This document shows positions 54,909 to 57,522 of a DNA stretch of 57,522 nucleotides, piece after piece. The notes beneath the pieces are model-generated. The model had not been told where the DNA came from. It did no database searches and worked only from the letters and a program-made list of their open reading frames with translations. Origin of the DNA: Spirogloea muscicola (taxonomy: Eukaryota); the NCBI GenBank assembly GCA_009602725.1, contig WELB01000002.1:644980-702501 (forward strand). The letters are read 5' to 3'. Made by a program: the position numbers and the translations under genes. The first letter of the stretch is position 1; every line of letters starts with the position of its first letter.

Positions 54909-57485
54909 TCACGGCTGCTGGTCAGTGGAGGGCTCTTGGGCAAGGAGCAGGAGGGACTCATCCACCTCCTCCTCCTCCTCCTCGCGTTTAACTTGCGGGG
55001 CTGTGGAAATGCCCTGTCTCTCCAACTCTGCCATTACACCTTCCATGGAAGGAGGCCTCAATCCGAGCGGGAGAGGCGTGCATGGATTCGCAAGAGCTTC
55101 ACGGATGGTTGCCTCAAGGATCTCCTTTTGCTGCATTATTTGGCAAAATGAGACAACCGAGAAGAAATGTGAGCAGAATACTGGCATTACAGCTGAGATA
55201 GGCAATACACATCATACAGATGAAAGTGACTCTACGTTTTACACTCAAGTATGATTGAGACCATCAAGTTCAAGATTTCACCAGCAAATAGTACCCTGCT
55301 TGCAAATTGCGCACTCTAGCTTGACATTTGTGAGGAGCAGCATCAGCGAGACAAATGCTGCCCTGAAGGCCAAGGCTTACGGGGTGTAGGTGACCAGGGC
55401 GTCCCATAGCGCCGCCTATACCATGATGATCATCATACATAGGAACTGACATAGAGTCATCAACAAGGAACCCGTCTGCAATGGAGCCGGGTGAGGAGGG
55501 CGCCATGGACATGCCCATTAGATAGGCCACCATGGGTGGGTGTAATCTCTGGCCAGCATAAAAGGGAGGAGATATCAGTGACAGCATGTATAGTCGCCAA
55601 GTACCCAGCTGCAGCTGAGCTGCCAAAGCCATCCCATCTCATGAGACGCTGCAACAATTTGAATTAGCAAAACTCACATATGATGAAACAACCACTGTCA
55701 TGTGACTACAATTTTAATATGAGCTTGCCTTGTGAAGCTTATCACAAAAGGGCAGCATGCTAAAGAATCCGTTTTGTGTAACATGGGCAACCCCTTCACC
55801 ACTGTGAGGTAGAAGCTTGCACATCACATTGAGTGTATCATAACTAAATATCAGGATGTCACGACCTCACAAAGGTGGACAGGATGCAGCCATCTGTAAT
55901 AGTAAGAAGGGAATCTTCACATACCATTAAAGGATAGCAAGGTGTGCCAAGCACAGGTGCTTGTGGATGGCCCCAGGCATCCACGTGCGTCTGCCATCGC
56001 AGCAATGAAAAGAAAACAGGGTAAGAGGTCACATTTGCCTACGGCCTGGTTCCACGTCTCCTACCATGTGATGAGGGACAGAAGCAAGCTTGTCCCGATC
56101 GCCACTCACATGGTGCTGCCACATTGATCCATCAGGCCCATGCCAGCTGGCCACTGGCGCGATGGCTGGCTGTTGCCACAAATGAGAGGGGCTGTGGTCC
56201 ACACTAGGATGTCCCCACACGTGGAGAGGAGGGCCAAGCACTTGAGCATGCGTGGACTGGTGATGGTGCTGCGCCTGGACTTGGGCATGGGCAAGTGGTG
56301 GGCGGGGCTGGATGTGCGGGGGATTCGCATGGTACGGTGTAACCCACAAAGTACCATCACGCCTGGTCCTTCCCCAGGATGTGGTCAAGTCAAGGGGCCT
56401 ACGGTGATGCCACGTTGCAGCCTCTGCCTCTCTAGCAAGAAGGTGCCGCCTGTGCGACCTGTATTTCTGTTGACACAGCATGGAGAAAGCACATAATAAT
56501 CTCATCAACACACATCAAACAGCTCAATCTGACCCAGCCACCAGATCCGCCTGACCAACAGACCTCTTGAGCTGCGACATCCAACAGCTAGGCCCAGAAT
56601 ATACAGAATACACATTGCAATGTATTTGCACCCAAAGCTGGACAACCAGAGCTGGTACTGCCAGTTCTAGAAGCACAAATGTTCGTCTACACCGTGGGGA
56701 CAGACAATGCAGGTCCCTACAAGCATTCCACGCATTCAAAGGCGTCGGACCTGACATTTTTAATTGCGTTCTGGATGGCTGAATGCCCATGTCACTTGCA
56801 TGTGATGCAATTTATCGTGAAATGTGGGAAATGCCACAGACAGGGACCCACCATGTCTGACTACATGGATGCAGGATGGCTATGACATATAGCTTGAAAT
56901 ATGTATTATGAGCAGCATGTGCACCTGCAGATGGCTGGCAATGTTATGCCGCGTGAGGCACTGCACCCCCATGAGATCTAAGATGCGGGACGGGATGGCC
57001 TTCTCCACCCCGAGCTGCTCCACCGCCTGGACGAATCTCCGGTGGAGATCCGGCGTCCAATCCACCTGCGCACGGCACGGCGACGCAGCCTCAGAGCTGC
57101 CTCCAGCTGAGACGGCGGATATGGACGAGCTGCTCGTCATTTCGGGACCCTGGCCAATGCAAAGGATGCGTCCTGACGAGGGAGACGGCCGGACCTTCAT
57201 CTTCCGCCTTCCGGCATTGCCTTTACAATGCTTCGGCTGGTCGACGGAGGCGGGGTCGCTGTCCTGGCAGGTCTCTACTGTACACGCGGCCTCGGAGCCG
57301 CACTCGTCCTCCTCGGAGAGCGCCCGCAGGAGCTCCCCCTCCTGCACGTCGTTCATCAGGTCCTCCACCATGAGCAGCGAGTCGTCGTCCTCCGCCAGCT
57401 CCGTGTCGTGCACCTCCCCGCCGTCGAAGGACTCAGCCTTGGGCGCCGCTGCCGCCGCCGCCGGCGGCTCCCGCGGCTTGGCCAT
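54909..57485 (-). CDS. GLK: Golden2-like GARP/Myb transcription factor (start may lie further upstream)
   Basis: [66 protein letters not shown] box [42 protein letters not shown]. Confidence 0.95.
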
Positions 57486-57522
57486 CGCCGCCGCCAGCCT
57501 CCCCACGCCCGCCGCCGCCGCC

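Overview
Eukaryotic, intron-rich genomic DNA with GC-rich first exons and four assembly gaps. Gene content (SnRK2 with land-plant exon sizes, GLK with a GCT box, PIAL, RAF1-like, root-cap proteins) points to a streptophyte plant or alga; this is an inference. Host genes: PIAL-like SP-RING SUMO ligase (-), SnRK2 kinase (+), ASCH-domain protein (+), unknown coiled-coil gene (+), MAD1 (-), RAF1-like lacking the C-terminal beta domain (-), TPR protein (+), P4H-like 2OG-Fe(II) oxygenase (+), two convergent root-cap/LEA-related paralogs, RPS27 (-) and Golden2-like TF (-). The window opens with an internally deleted Ty3/gypsy element (gag, protease, integrase C-terminus with PHD finger; no RT, RNase H or integrase core) carrying a 35-bp tandem array in its leader. 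The most distinctive non-genic signal is a set of short retroposed modules that share a GGGCTGGC..CAGCC(C) stem-loop and TTC-rich tail, plus 5'-truncated tails of a restriction-like-endonuclease (RLE) non-LTR element. Several copies have readable 6-12 bp target-site duplications, and some are nested inside one another. All gene models and family calls come from reading the sequence by eye; no database searches were run.
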